In this document: one piece after another, positions 1 to 13,550 of the stretch
Layout of the letters: each line of letters begins with the position of its first letter
How positions within the stretch are numbered: the stretch's first letter is position 1
From: Octopus vulgaris
Taxonomy: Eukaryota
NCBI GenBank assembly: GCA_951406725.2
Contig: OX597827.1
Location: 45,694,001 to 45,758,000 of the forward strand
Length of the DNA stretch: 64,000 bases
Direction of reading: 5' to 3'
Program-made: the position numbers and the translations under genes
The notes under the pieces: model-generated
Database searches by the model: none
Told to the model about the DNA's origin: nothing
The model's input: only the letters and a program-made list of their open reading frames with translations

Positions 1-287
1 CAAAGAGGCATGCAACATCAACTATATAACATATGTGGTGCATGTTGTCTCCTACCACTAGGTCGGGTCTGTTATGCTCTAGCACCTGATCTGTTTGGGC
101 TGGGAAATCCCAGAGGATTTTGCTGGTCCTCGACTTCGCCATTCTGCGGTTTATGCTCATATCACGTCTTCCTTCTCTCTAGCCCCCACTTTTCGCACTG
201 TTTCCAATGTAGCTCTTTCGCTACCTGATCGTCACCTGACGATCATCATCATCATCATCATCGTCATTCATTAATATTATTATTAAG

Positions 288-590
288 ACGGCAAGCTGGC
301 AGAATCGTTAGCACGCCGGGCGAAATGCTTAGCGATATTTCGTGTGCCGCTGCGTTCTGAGTTCAAATTCCGCCGAGGTCGACTTTGCCTTTCATCCTTT
401 CGGTGTCGATACATTAAGTACCAGTTACGCACTGAGGTCGATATAATCGACTTAATCCGTTTGTCTGTCCTTGTTTGTTCTCTCTGTGCTTAGCCCCTTG
501 TGGGTAGTAAAGAAATAGGTATTTCGCCCGTCGCTACATTCTGAGTTCAAATTCCGCCGTGGTTGACTTTGCTTTTCATCCTTTCGGGGT
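288..590 (+). mobile_element. tRNA-derived SINE, Meta-domain-like family (with partial internal duplication)
   Basis: Head ggcaagctggcagaatcgttagc, B-box-like gagttcaaattcc, then ggtcgactttgcctttcatcctttcgg..gataaattaagtacc resembling the MetaSINE domain; many copies in the window. Confidence 0.75.
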
Positions 591-880
591 CCTTTTTTCT
601 TCCCATTTCCCCCCCTGAGCTTTTGCGGCAATCTTTCTGTCTGTCTGTTTGCCTAATCGTTTATATGTTTAGATCTTTGCTGTCAGCGAGACAAGCTCTC
701 TCAGTTTGTTTCTCTGTCTGTCCGTCTGCTTGTCTGTCTGTCTATATCTACCTAAACGCTTCTATATCTAAATCAAACGGTCGGTCAATCTCTCTCTGCT
801 TGTGCATATGTCTACATGTACAAGAAGCAGCAGCAAAATGACCTTCCTTACAGTACCTTATTTCATTAAACACAGGAAAT

Positions 881-1325
881 GGATCTTTTCGGTTTGAACG
901 GTAGTTTTTAACATAATTTCTAGGTAACTAAAAAAATTTAAACTTCGTATATTGGTAGAATGTGTTTATAAAACATCTTTTTCTCTTGGCTTTATTGAGA
1001 AAATTCTATAGGTTGTAAGATATTTGTTGTTTTTTTTTTCTTCAATTTCTGCAATTTCAACCAATCAGTGACGTCTATTGAGTTAAAAAGCACTCTGTGC
1101 CGTATGAATATGTCTCTCGTTTAAGAAACAGATTGGGTTTATTTACATTTGTGAAGGAAAAAAGATATCCTTCCCCCACCCCTAACCCTAACCCTAACTA
1201 ACCCTTACTAACCCTAACCCTAAAAGAGATTGAAATGCAATAGATCGATTCTAGGGTCATAATTATGGGTAACAATTCCATATTACACCGCTAGAAAAAA
1301 CTGTGCGTTCAAACCGAAAAGATCC
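881..1325. mobile_element. Non-autonomous DNA transposon (MITE), 20-bp TIRs, 8-bp TSD, GG termini (Merlin-like); internal (CCCTAA)n
   Basis: ggatcttttcggtttgaacg (881-900) and cgttcaaaccgaaaagatcc (1306-1325); caggaaat directly repeated at 873-880 and 1326-1333. Confidence 0.85.
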
Positions 1326-1604
1326 CAGGAAATAGAAAATACTTCGAGTAATGTAGCCCTCGGTAGACTGTATCTGGAAGACAAAATGATGAAATGGTTG
1401 CAGCTGGAACACACTTCATCATAGACGTACAGCAGGGGTTCCAACGTGTTTCGTTCTTTTTAACTCTTGGTAACATTTTGAAATTAAATTTAGCCACACA
1501 CTCACTTTCACTATGTTTCGTTCATTAATTTGAGTTCACACGTCTGCCATAATAAAAGAAACAACAAAGATATTTCTAATATTGGTTTTAAACATCATTC
1601 TCTT

Positions 1605-1995
1605 TCTTTTTACTTGTTTCAGTCATTTGACTGCGGCCATGCTGGAGCACCGCCTTTAGTCGAGCAAATCGACCCGGGGACTTATTCTTTGTAAGCCCAG
1701 TACTTATTCTATCAGTCTCTTTTGCCGAACCGCTAAGTGACGGGGACGTAAACACACCAGCATCGGTTGTCAAGCAATGCTAGGGGAACACACACATATA
1801 TATATATATATATACATATATACATATATACGACAGGCTTCTTTCAGTTTCCATCTACCAAATCCACTCACAAGGCATTGGTCGGCCCGGGGCTATAGCA
1901 GAAGACACTTGCCCAAGATGCCACGCAGTGGGAATGAACCCGGAACCATGTGGTTGGTTAGCAAGCTACTTACCACACAGCCACTCCTGCGCCTA
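1605..1995 (-). mobile_element. tRNA-derived SINE, CORE-like family with internal (TA)n
   Basis: Reverse complement of ggcgcaggagtggctgtgtggtaag..ccgggttca..cttgggcaagtgtcttc; the dominant SINE in the window. Confidence 0.8.
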
Positions 1996-2280
1996 TCATT
2001 ATTTTATATTCAATTAACACTGGCACGTTATAATGTTATTTCACTAACTTCTAAACTAATGATAAACAGATATCAAAACGAAACATCGTTATCTAAATCA
2101 GATGACTTCATTAGCAACACAGTAATTAAACAAGTATACAATCCAGTTCGTTAAATCCAAAGTAATTGAAAGAAAAACTAGTAATTTTTTTTAATACTAT
2201 TTATTCTATTGCATCTTTTCTTTCAGATTTCCTTTATCGCAGTTTCAAATTTCTTTCACTGCAATTTCAAATCCCTAAGT

Positions 2281-2590
2281 GGAGGCGCAATGGCCCAGTG
2301 GTTAGGGCAGCGGACTCGCGGTCGTAGGATCGCGGTTTCGATTCCCAGACCGGGCGTTGTGAGTGTTTATTGAGCGAAAACACCTAAAGCTCCACGAGGC
2401 TCCGGCAGGGATGGTGGTGATCCCTGCTGTACTCTTTCACCACAACTTTCTCTCACTCTTACTTCCTGTTTCTGTTGTACCTGTATTTCAAAGGCCGGCC
2501 TTGTCACTCTCTTACCCGTTAACTTCACGAGCAGGCTGTTCCGTTGATCGGATCAACCGGAACCCTCGTCGTCGTAACCGACGGAGTGCT
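2281..2590 (+). mobile_element. tRNA-derived SINE, third family
   Basis: ggcgcaatggcccagtggttagggcagcggactcgcgg..ggtttcgattccc (A and B boxes); near-identical head at 61268. Confidence 0.75.
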
Positions 2591-3360
2591 AAGAAAGTGC
2601 TTCCTCTCAAATCCCTAAACCTGCTTTGAATTATGACATGATTATTTCCCTTGTAAGAGCTGTTAACGTTAGAGGGATCACGTGTGTTTGCATTATTTCT
2701 TTTTTCCTTTTTTCCTTTTTTTTTTAATTACAAAAATAGACTTAATTCAATTTCTCCTTTTCAACTTCAGATTTTGAAAGATTATAATTAGGGAAAAATT
2801 ATATACAGACCCAGAATCAGAAAATTTGCGGTCCTTGTTCCCCAGGGTAGGCGAAAACCGAAATCTATTGGATTAGAGTTGATTAAAGTTCAGGCAACAA
2901 GAAGCGATCTTAACATAGGGTTGTCACGTGTCTAGTGTTGCGAAATGAATGTGTTCAAAACGCAAGTAAACTCGTTGTTTCGGGTTCAGTTCCACTGCAC
3001 GGCACATTGGGCAAGTGCATTCTACAATTACCCCAGGCAGACGAATACGTTGTGAGTGTATTTGGTAGCTGGAAACTACGTGGAAGCCCGTCATCTATTT
3101 ATATTTGTGTGTTTGATGTATGTGTGCTGTGAGTGTGCGTAAGATGTGTGTGTATGTGTATGTCTGTGTTTATGTTTAGTCTCTGACATTGTTGGACAAC
3201 TGGTGTTGGTTTGATTACGTCCTCGTAAATTAGCGGTTTGCCAAAAGAAACCAACAGAATAAACACCAGACTTGGGGAAACGACTCCTGTGTTCGATTTC
3301 TTCGACTAAACTCTTCAAAGTGATACCCAGGCATAATCGGAATAAACTGATTGACACTAG

Positions 3361-3404
<44 letters not shown>

Positions 3405-3406
<2 letters not shown>

Positions 3407-3608
3407 TCTTTTATTTTTTTCAGACATTTGACTGTGGCCATGCTGGAGCACCGCCTTTAGTCGAACACATCGACCCTAGGACTTATTCTTTGTAAGCCTA
3501 GTACTGATTCTATGAGTCTCTTTTGCTGAACCGCTACGTTATGGGGACTAAACACACCAGCATCGGTTGTCAAGTGATGTTGGTGGGGGGGTCAAACACA
3601 GACACACA

Positions 3609-3660
<52 letters not shown>

Positions 3661-3832
3661 TATATATACATACGACGGGCTTCGTTCAGTTCCCGTCTAC
3701 CAAATCCACTCACAAGGCTTTGGTCGGCCCGAGGCTATAGTAGAAGACACTTGCCCAAGGTGCCACGCAGTGGGACTGAACCCGGAACCATGTAGTTCGT
3801 AAGCAAGCTACATACCACACAGCCACTCTTAC

Positions 3833-3835
<3 letters not shown>
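3405..3835 (-). mobile_element. CORE-like SINE copy
   Basis: Same family as 1605-1995. Confidence 0.8.
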
Positions 3836-3891
<56 letters not shown>

Positions 3892-4361
3892 GAGAGAGAG
3901 AGAGATACATGCATACATGCATACATACATACATTCGTACATACATTCATACATACATATACATACATATGGCTTTGGGTACAAAAAAAAAAATACTGGA
4001 GGACCAGTTAATTATAATTTTATTCAGTTTTTCTAAGCCCTGTGAAAGAACTCGGAAGGTTGACCCACCAACCAGGCCTTTCACAAAACCCTTAAAGCCA
4101 GAAACTTTTCAGTTTGTGTGCGTGTGTGTGTGTGTGGGGGGGGGGACTGACTTTCGCACAGTTTCCTCGCTACGAGTATCATTCACAAGGCATAATTGGC
4201 ACAGGGTAATAATAACAGAAGATATTCAAATGCCGGGCATTGAGTGGAATGTTGTAGTAGAGCGAACTTTTTAACCACACACACACACACAAGCCTACGC
4301 CGAAAGTCACGTAGACGAGATTTTCTATGTGCGTGTGTATACGTGTTGGTATGTATATACA

Positions 4362-4436
<75 letters not shown>

Positions 4437-4439
4437 ATA

Positions 4440-5170
4440 CTCTTTTACTCTTTTACTCTTTTACTTGTTTCAGTCATTTGACTGCGGCCATGCTGGAGCA
4501 CCGCCTTTAATCGAGCAACTCGACCCCGGAACTTATTCTTTTGTAAGCCCAGTACTTATTTTATCGGTCTCTTTTGCCGAACCGCTAAGTAACGGGGACA
4601 TAAACACACCAGCATCGGTTGTCAAGCAATGCTAGGGGGACAAATACAGACACACAAACACACACACGCATATATATATATACATATATACGACGGGCTT
4701 CTTTCAGTTTCCGTCTACCAAATCCACTCACAAGGCTTTGGTCGGCCCGAGGCTATAGTAGAAGACACTTGCCCAAGGTGCCATGCAGTGGGACTGAACC
4801 CAGAACCATGTGGTTGGCAAACAAGCTACTTACCACACAGTCACTCCTGCGCCTATATATATATATATATATATATATAGGCACAGGAGTGGCTATGTAG
4901 TAAGATTGCTTCCCAACCACATGGTTTTAGGTTCAGTTCCACTAGTGACACCTTGGGCAAGGGTGTGTCTGTGTTTGCCCCCCCTCCCCCCAACCATCGC
5001 TTGACAACCGATGTTGGTGTATTTACGTTCCCGAAAAGCAGCGGTTCGTCAAAATAGACCGATAGAATAAGTACAAAGAATAAGTTCGGGGTGGGGTCGA
5101 TTTGTTCGACTTAAGGCGGTGCTCCAGCATGGCCGCAGTCAAATCACTGAAAAAGAATAAAAGAATGAAA
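4440..5170. mobile_element. Two head-to-head CORE-like SINE copies separated by (TA)n
   Basis: 4440-4855 on minus, 4879-5170 on plus. Confidence 0.75.
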
Positions 5171-5236
5171 GAATATATATATATTACACACGAGATAAAG
5201 GTATTTTCAACTAAGACAAAGCTCTCTATCCACAGA

Positions 5237-5258
5237 AGCGACATCAGTTCCCCATTCC
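5237..5258 (+). other. Conserved 22-nt element copy 1 (subfamily A)
   Basis: agcgacatcagttccccattcc; flanks gacaaagc..ctatc..cacaga and acctgaatgca shared with copy 2. Confidence 0.85.
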
Positions 5259-7166
5259 TATACAACGCATTTTACCTGAATGCAAGGGGGAAGGAGGAAG
5301 GAAAAGAAAAGAGCCAGTTGAAGAATTTCGGTTGTTTTGTTTTTATTTAGTTATTTTTTGTTTGTTTGTTTGGTCTGTTTGTTGCTTCAGGCTCCTTGTG
5401 GAGCCTGCAAAATGAATAGGTAAGATGCGTGCGTACGTGTGTATGTGTGTACGTATGCGTGTGTATGTGTGTGCGCGTCTGCGCGGGCTCGTGTGCTTTG
5501 TGTGTTTGTATGTGTGTGTGTGTGTGTGCATATGTGCGTGCGTATACCTGTATATATATATAATATACATACGTCTGCTTGTGTGTGTGAATGTTCGTGT
5601 AAAATAAATTAGCGTGTGTGTGTGTGTGTACATGTGTGCGTTTACGTGTTTGTGTACGCATGTGTGAATGTGCGTATAGGTATGTATGTAATGCCTACAT
5701 CCTCACCTATACACGGGTTCGTGAATGTGAAGCGCACACCTTTGGTTTACCTGTGTTGTTGATTGATGTGTATATATATATATATGTAGTAGTGTACATT
5801 ATATGTAGGTGTGTACATATATGTATGTATGTATGAACATATGTGTTTGTGTGAGTGTGTGTCTGAGTCTGTCCCCGCCGCCGGTGTTGATGTGTTTACG
5901 TCATCGTAACTTAGTGGTTCGGCTAAAGATATCGATAGAATAAGGACCAGACTTTTGAAAATAAGCACTGGAGTTGATTAAGTTCGGCTAAAGATTTCTC
6001 AGGCCGGTGCCCCAGTATGGCCGCAGTCTATGACTGATACAAGTAAATAATGAAAGATAAAAAGATAGGCGCAGGAGTGGCTGTGTAGTAGGAAGCTTGA
6101 TTCCCAACCACATGGTTCTGGGTTCAGTTCCACTGCGTGGCACCTTGGGCGAGTGTATATAGTGTGTGTGCGCGCGCGCGCACGCGTATATGTAGCTTTC
6201 GAATGATCTCACGTCGGTAGGTAGGCGGGCGGGACAATATTCCCCTTGAACGGAACGCCAATCACTCGCAGTGTTGCTCATTTTACGGCTGATTGAACTG
6301 GACCAATGTGAAGTGACTCTAGATCATTGTTTCCCGACATATTTTCCTCTAGGCCCTACAATAACTTTCCAGAAAAATATGTCCCAACAATGGTCGGAAA
6401 AATAACTTTATTTTTAATATCTTATCACTATTACGTTCTGAGTTCACATTTCGCCGAGGTCGAGACTTTACCTCCGGGGTTGATGAAATAAGCACCAGTT
6501 GTGGACGCATTCTTTTCCCCGCAATTGTTGGCCTTGTGCCAAAATTTGAAATTTATATTCTCATTTAAAATAGAAAATAATCTCCCGGTAACTCTTTTAT
6601 TAAGTACCGAGTACAAAACAAGGACATTATTGACGAAGAGAAAATAATACAAAAAACAAAAAAAAACAGGATTTTCACAATTCTATGTCCCACTAAAAAG
6701 AAAAAAAAGGAAAAAACTTTGGATCCCATGCCTCGGCTCCACCAGTGGGGCGTATGCTCCACATTAGGAATCATTGCTGTAGACTTTGGACCCAAACAAT
6801 GACGTAAAACCTATCACGAATATCCTACACTACAAAAGCAAATGTTACACAGCAAGCTTCAAAGCTAATGGTGCCTTTGCAACTAGAATAAGGTTTTCCT
6901 TGCCCTTCTTTTCTGAACAGTTATCTCCCTTACCCACAACAATAACAATAATAACGATAACCAATTACCTCCAATTATTTATCTACTTGTGAAGTCATTC
7001 ACTCGTGAATTTCATCACACACAACATGGACAAAATTTCTTCTTAAGAAAAACTATATATTCTAATAAGTAAAACATAATACCATGAATAACGATAGTGA
7101 AACCGGTCGATATATTAAAAATTATATTAAAACTATGTAAGTGTGCGTATTTTCCTTTTTTAATTT

Positions 7167-7208
<42 letters not shown>

Positions 7209-9226
7209 AAAATGGGACAGGAACGCGAAACATCCAGACAGTTAGGTGAAACAAAAAAAAAAAGGAAAACAAAATATCCAGACAGACGATACAAGGAAAA
7301 CAAGTACGGATCATTCGGAGTTTTCTATCCTCAGTCAAGTTCCAGATTATCTTTGCAATTTCGGCTGGTTATACCCGAGGTTGCTCCAATCTGGCCAGCC
7401 CCAAGGAAAAAATAAGCTAAGAGCATTACATTCCTTGCAAGAAAGCAGCGGAAAAAAACAAGGACGGAAAAAAACCCAGAAATCTTATACAAATACAAAT
7501 AACAGGACAGATAAACTTAGATGTTTCATGGATATGTGTGTGTGTGTATGTGTGTGTGTGTAGATATTATATACGTATATCATATTGATATTCGCATGTA
7601 TATACGCATGTATGTATATATGAATAAATATGTATGTATGTGTAGTTATGTATAGCTTGATGTGTTTTGTCTGTGAGTTGGTGTGTAAATAAACAGGCGA
7701 AGTATGTATGACTTACTGAATGCTATTCAATAAATTGCTGCAAAGAGCATAACAGTAACATCAACAACAATCACAACAACAACACCAATAATAAACAAAG
7801 CAAACTGTAGGGAAATTCCAACATTCCGCACGTGAGACAGAGAATAGGGGACATGAGAAGATGGGAAATGGTAGGGGTGGTGGAAAGAGCGGGGGACGAG
7901 AAAGGGACGGTTTGAAATGACTGCTGGAGTATGGGATAAAAGTTGGGTAATGGAGGGAAATGTATGAAAGAATCACGGTTATAAGAAAGGAATAAGAAAG
8001 GGATAAGAAAGGGATAAGAAAAGAGTTGACGTGTGTGTGGTGAGGCTGGCAGTGGTGGATGTTTTTCTAAGGATACAGATGAGGAGGGGTTTTGCAGGAG
8101 TGGGGACACTGGGGGAGCAACGGTGGTGGTGATGGTGATGACTGTGATGGCGGTAGTGGCGCTGGTGGTGATGATGGTGATGACTGTGATGGCGGTAGTG
8201 GCGCTGGTGGTGGTGGTGGTGGTGGTGATCGTGGCGATGATGGAGACGGTGTTGGTCTTGTTGGTGGTGAGGCAGTAGTGGTGATGGTGGCAGTGATGAT
8301 GTTGGTGCTGGTAATGATGATGATGATGGTGTTGGCGGAGGAACTATTAGTGGTGGTGTTGTTGGTGATGGTGGTGGTGGTGATGATAATGATGTTGGTG
8401 ATGGTGATGGTGGTGGTGGTGAAGTTGGTAGTGATGATGGTAGTGGTGGTGGTGGTAGAGATGGCGGTGTTGGTGGTCGTCGTCATGGTGATGATGATAT
8501 TGGTGGTGGTGGTGGTGGTGGTTGAGGTGGAGATGGTGGTGACAGTGGTGATGGTGATGTTGGTATGTTCTTATTGTTATTAGTGGTGATGGCGGTGGCG
8601 AGTGATTGAGGGGTGGAAGCGGTGGCGATGGACACGTGACATGGAAGTCTGATGAAGGTGTGGAGGTGGAGCAGTTTCTTCAGTAGATGTGTAGTGGGGG
8701 AGAAGTGCGTGGTGTGGGGGCGGAGATTTGGAGGTTATGGATAGTTGTGTGTACCATTGAGTGGAGGTGTGGCGGTGGCGGGTGGGAGTGGTGTTGGTTC
8801 TGTGCGAAGAAGTGGGGGATATGGTGCGTATGGGGGTATATCGTCTGAGAGTGATAGATGTATGCATGTGTGTATGTATGTGTGTGGATGTGTGCGTATC
8901 TGTGTGTACGTGCGTGTGTCTGTGTGTGTACATGTGTGTGTATGTGTGTGCGCGCGTGCGCGTTCGTATGTATATCTATGTGTGCGCTTATATGTCTATG
9001 TACTTGTAACTATGCATGTGTATATATATATGTGATTATGTGTCTTTATGTGTGTGTGTGTGTGTGTGTGTGCCTGTGTGTGTGTGTGTGTCTACGTACA
9101 TATGTGTATGTGCATGTGTGCATGTGTGTGTCTGGTTGTACTTGTGTGCAGTTGGGCGTGTGCGTGTAAGAGTATGTGCGTGTGCATACGTGTGAATGTG
9201 TGTGTGTGCATGTACTTATGTGTATC

Positions 9227-9264
<38 letters not shown>

Positions 9265-9614
9265 AGTATGTGTGTATGCATGTGGGCACGTTTGTGTATG
9301 TGTAGGCGGAAGAAGGAGAGGGTTAAGTAAAGTCATGGAACATGGTTGAGAAAGAAACTGGATATGTCTGCTGAAAGGAAAAGAAGGCGACAAAGTTTAT
9401 TCAAGGAGAAAAAAGTTGAAAAAAATGGGAAAAGGAGAGAGGAAGATTATAAAGAAAGGGATTAAAAACGAGGGCAATGACACGGACAGGAAAGGCAGAC
9501 AGACACACTGACAGACTGGCAGTTAGTCCCCTATATTTTTTCGGTTTCTTTATTCAATACTATCATCCCCCGTTCTATAAGTACTCAATGTCTTACTTTT
9601 AATCCGGATATTAG

Positions 9615-10127
9615 CAGACCTTTTCAAAAAGTGGACGCATAAGCCATTGCTCATCATCTGGTGGGCTACATGAGCCATTGTTTATCACCAAGCAGGCCAC
9701 ATGAGTCATGGCTAATCAGCAAGACGCCGCATGAGCCATTGCTTACCATCAGGCGGGCTGAACGAGCCATGGCTCACCAGTAGGCGGGCCGCATGAGCCG
9801 TTGCCTATATCAGCCGGGCTGCATAAACCATGGCTTATCATCAGGGCCTGCGTGAACCATGGTTCATCATAAAGCGGGCCGTATGAGACACTGCTTATCA
9901 ACAAGCGGGCCGCATGAGCCATTGTTTATCATCATGCGGGCTGCATGAGCCATGGATAATCATCACGCGGGCCGCATAAGCCATGACTCATCATCAGACG
10001 GGATGCATGAGCGATGGCTTATCATCAGGGAGCCGCATGAGCCATGGCTCATTATCAGGCGGGCCGCACTTTAAAAAAGGTCGAAGGCAGTCAAAAAGTC
10101 CCGCGGGCCGCAGGTTGTCCGGGACTG
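9615..10127. repeat. ~32-bp minisatellite (~14 units) inside a probable hAT-type MITE
   Basis: Units like gcgggccgcatgagccattgcttatcatcag; ends cagacctttt.. and ..gcgggccgcaggttgtccgggactg; no clear TSD. Confidence 0.65.
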
Positions 10128-10426
10128 CTTCAGTCGTTGCTGCTACTGTCATTGCTATTGTTGTTGTGAGTGCTTAGCTGCAAGCCGGCGCTGACTGAGT
10201 ACATCTAAGACCAATAACGTTCCAGCTGTGACCATCTCGTCGTTTTCTATTGGTCTAGGTGCAAGCAAGGCTGTGTAGAAGCTCGTTTCGCAACCACATG
10301 GTTTCTCGTTTGGTCCCATGCACGGCACCTTGGCAAATGTCTTCCACTATAGCGCAGGGTTAACTAATAACTTTGTGTGTGAAACTGGTTGGCAGAAACT
10401 GCATGGAAGCCTGTCGTATATATGTT

Positions 10427-10490
<64 letters not shown>

Positions 10491-10604
10491 TACATATATA
10501 TATGTATGTGTAACACACACATAAACACGCGCATACATATATATATAAACTCACTGTTAACAAAGTTCATGATGCGTGAAATTCAATCACCCAATAAATC
10601 AAAA

Positions 10605-11160
10605 TGTCATTAAATACTATAAAACGTACACGTATGACAGACACAGAAGGACCCCAATTCTTCATCAGTTATCGACCAAAAATACTAACACTTAGTTTCG
10701 TGCCTTCAACGATAAGACTAGGAACTTCGTATATCTGTTTCTTTATTACCCACAAGGGGCTAAACATAGAGAGGACACACAAGGACAGACAAACGGATTA
10801 AGTCGATTACATCGACCCCAGTGCGTAACTGGTACTTAATTTATCGACACCGAAAGGATGAAAAGCAAAGTCGACCTTCGGCGGAATTTGAACTCAGAAC
10901 GTAACGACAGACGAAATATGGCTAAGCATTTCGCCCGGCGTGCTAGCGGTTCTGCCAGCTCGCCGCCTCGGCGGCACTCGCAAGATTTGCGTAGGATTAG
11001 ATCTCGAGCAAACAAGACAATACAGGTGAACGTACGAAAGTAAACAAATGTAATTTGAAACGAGAGACGAAGACACAATTAGTCGTTTTGGTCGATAACT
11101 GATGAAGAATTAGCGTCCTTCTGTTTATGTCCTACCCGAACGTTCTGTAATATTTAATGC
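10605..11160. mobile_element. MITE-like element with ~80-bp imperfect inverted ends, containing a Meta-like SINE (10735-10966, minus)
   Basis: agaaggaccccaattcttcatcagttatcgaccaaaa is inverted relative to ttttggtcgataactgatgaagaattagcgtccttct. Confidence 0.6.
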
Positions 11161-11169
11161 ATTTTTCAG

Positions 11170-11355
11170 TCATATGTGTGTCGCACCTGTATGTCTTTGT
11201 GTTTGTTTACTGCACTGCTTGACAATGTTAGTTTGTTTGCATTCCCGAAAGTTAACGGTTCCGAATCGGTTAGTTCTACCAATGCCTTTATAGGCGGTAC
11301 CTATAAGGGCACAGTCACAAAGACATACACACATAGATATATACATACATTCACT

Positions 11356-11415
<60 letters not shown>

Positions 11416-11832
11416 GGCGCAGGAGTGGCTGTGTGGTAAATAGCTTGCTAACATGATTCTGGGCTCAGTCCCACTGCGTGGCATCTTGGGCAAGTGTCTT
11501 GTGCTATAGCCTCGGGCCGACCAAAGCCTTGTGAGTGGATTTGGTATACGGAAACTGAAAGAAGCTTGTCGTATATATGTATATATATATATGTGTGTGT
11601 TTGTCCCTCTAGCATTGCTTGACAACCGATGCTGGTATGTTTACGTCCCCGTCACTTAGCGGTTCGGCAAAAGAGACCGATAGACTAAGTACTGGGCTTA
11701 CAAAGAATAAGTCCCGGGGTTGATTTGCTCGACTAAAGGCGGTGCTCCAGCATGGCCGCAGTCAAATGAGTAAAAGAGAGTAAAGAGAGTATATTTTGGG
11801 GAAACAAACACAGACACATACATATATTATAT

Positions 11833-11896
<64 letters not shown>

Positions 11897-12040
11897 GACG
11901 GGCTTCTTTCAGTTTCCATCTACCGAATCCACTCACAAGACTTTGGTCGGCTCGAGGCTATAGTAGAACACACTTGCCCAAGATGCCACGCAGTGGGACT
12001 GAACCCGGAACCATCTGGTTGAGAAGCGAGCTTCTTAAGA
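11170..12040. mobile_element. Cluster of CORE-like SINE copies
   Basis: Full plus copy 11415-11790, minus copy to ~12040. Confidence 0.7.
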
Positions 12041-12403
12041 ATGTAAAAACTATAGTAGATTAATTAGGTTGGTCCTGAATAACAAAGTCCCTCGACTGGG
12101 TTAAAGAAACTATACACACACAGACATGTGTGTGTGTATTTGTATGTATATGTGTAGTGTGTATGCTTGCGTGTATGTGTATGTATGTATGCATGCATGT
12201 ATGTATGTATGTATGTATGTATGTATGTATGTATGTTGTATGTATGTACGTATGCACACATATCCTGACGTGTACCGATCTAGCTATATGCGCGCATGTG
12301 TACGCGTATCTTCGTATCAACCTCCCTACCTCCCTATATCCCTCTATTATACAAGCTCCCTTTTCGTTATTATATCATTTGACAAAGCCCCTATCGGCAC
12401 AGA

Positions 12404-12425
12404 AGCGACATCAGTTCCTCATTCC
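12404..12425 (+). other. Conserved 22-nt element copy 2 (subfamily A)
   Basis: agcgacatcagttcctcattcc followed by tacacaaatcactcacctgatgc. Confidence 0.85.
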
Positions 12426-12959
12426 TACACAAATCACTCACCTGATGCATGTTTTTGCATTTAGCGAAAAGATTTGTTTATTTATTTATTTATTTCACGC
12501 GTTTTACATTGCAATGCATCAAGCAACGCTTTGCTTCACAACGCATTGCATTGCAATGCGCTGTTGCATTCTTTTAGTAATAAATTGCATTCTTGTCTTC
12601 GCTTTCTCGTCACATAACACGCTTCAAATTTCCCCTTCCCCTTATCTCTCTCTCTCTCTCTCTCTCTCTTCCCTTCCCTGTCTCTCCTTCTTTCCCCCCC
12701 TCTCTCTCTCTGTCTCTTGAATTCTTTCTCTCTCATACCTTCTGCTTCTCTCTTCTTTTATCGCATCCATTACCAGTAGCAGTAGTAGTAGTAGTAGTAG
12801 TAATAGTCGAAACAGCAGCAGAATCCTTAAAAGGGAAGAAGAGAGACCCTGATAAAGAAAAATGTATAAAAATAGGTAAAAAGGAAAATGTTGAAATTGA
12901 AGACGATGGGGTGGGGGTGATGCTGATATTGATGGTGTCGCTTCTGAAAGAGGGTGGCG

Positions 12960-13094
12960 GTGGCGTCACGATAGCGGTGGCGTGACGCTGGCGATGGCGT
13001 GACGCTGGCGATGGCGTGACGCTGGCGATGGCGTGACGATAGCAGTAGCGTGACGATGGTGGTAGAGTGACGCTGGCGGTGGCGTGACGATGGC
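12960..13094. repeat. 17-bp GC-rich minisatellite
   Basis: ggcgtgacgctggcgat about 8 times, degenerate. Confidence 0.8.
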
Positions 13095-13164
13095 CCCTAG
13101 TGAGTTAGATATTTTGTAAGATCATTTGGTTTTTGTTTTTCCTCATCTGCCTGGTGAGGGTATT

Positions 13165-13550
13165 TGGCGCACGATCGTAAGGCCATGAGTTCGATTCCAG
13201 TGAGCGCGTTGTATATTTGAGCAAGACACTTTATTTCACGTTGCTCCAGTCCACTCAGCTGGCAAAAATGAGTAGTACCTGTATTTCAAAGGGCCAGTCT
13301 TGTCATACTGTGTGTCACGCTGAATCTCTCTGAGAACTATGTTAAGGGTTGCGCGTGACACAGAATGTGACAAGACTGGCCCTTTTGAATGACAGGTACT
13401 CCTAATTTTACCAGGTAATTGGACTGGAGCAACGTGAAATAAAGCGTCTTGTTCAAGGACACAACGCGCCGTCGAGAATCGAACACATGACCTCACGATC
13501 GCAAACCGAATACCCCCCCCAAAAAAAAACCCCACTAAGCCACGTACCTC
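13165..13550. mobile_element. Two tail-to-tail SINE fragments (V-domain-like) forming an inverted repeat
   Basis: ttgagcaagacactttatttcacgttgctccagtcc and its reverse complement ggactggagcaacgtgaaataaagcgtcttgttcaa. Confidence 0.6.

Noticed and set aside
1180-1222. Telomere or chromosome fusion site
   Set aside because: Short, degenerate and inside a TIR/TSD-bounded MITE
2281-2356. tRNA gene
   Set aside because: tRNA-like head continues into a SINE body shared with 61268; no clean acceptor stem or terminator
7205-7530. Hammerhead-like ctgagga..cgaa (minus) and related ctgaaga..cgaa near 28597
   Set aside because: The GAAA core and stems are broken; at most degenerate relics of a repeat family
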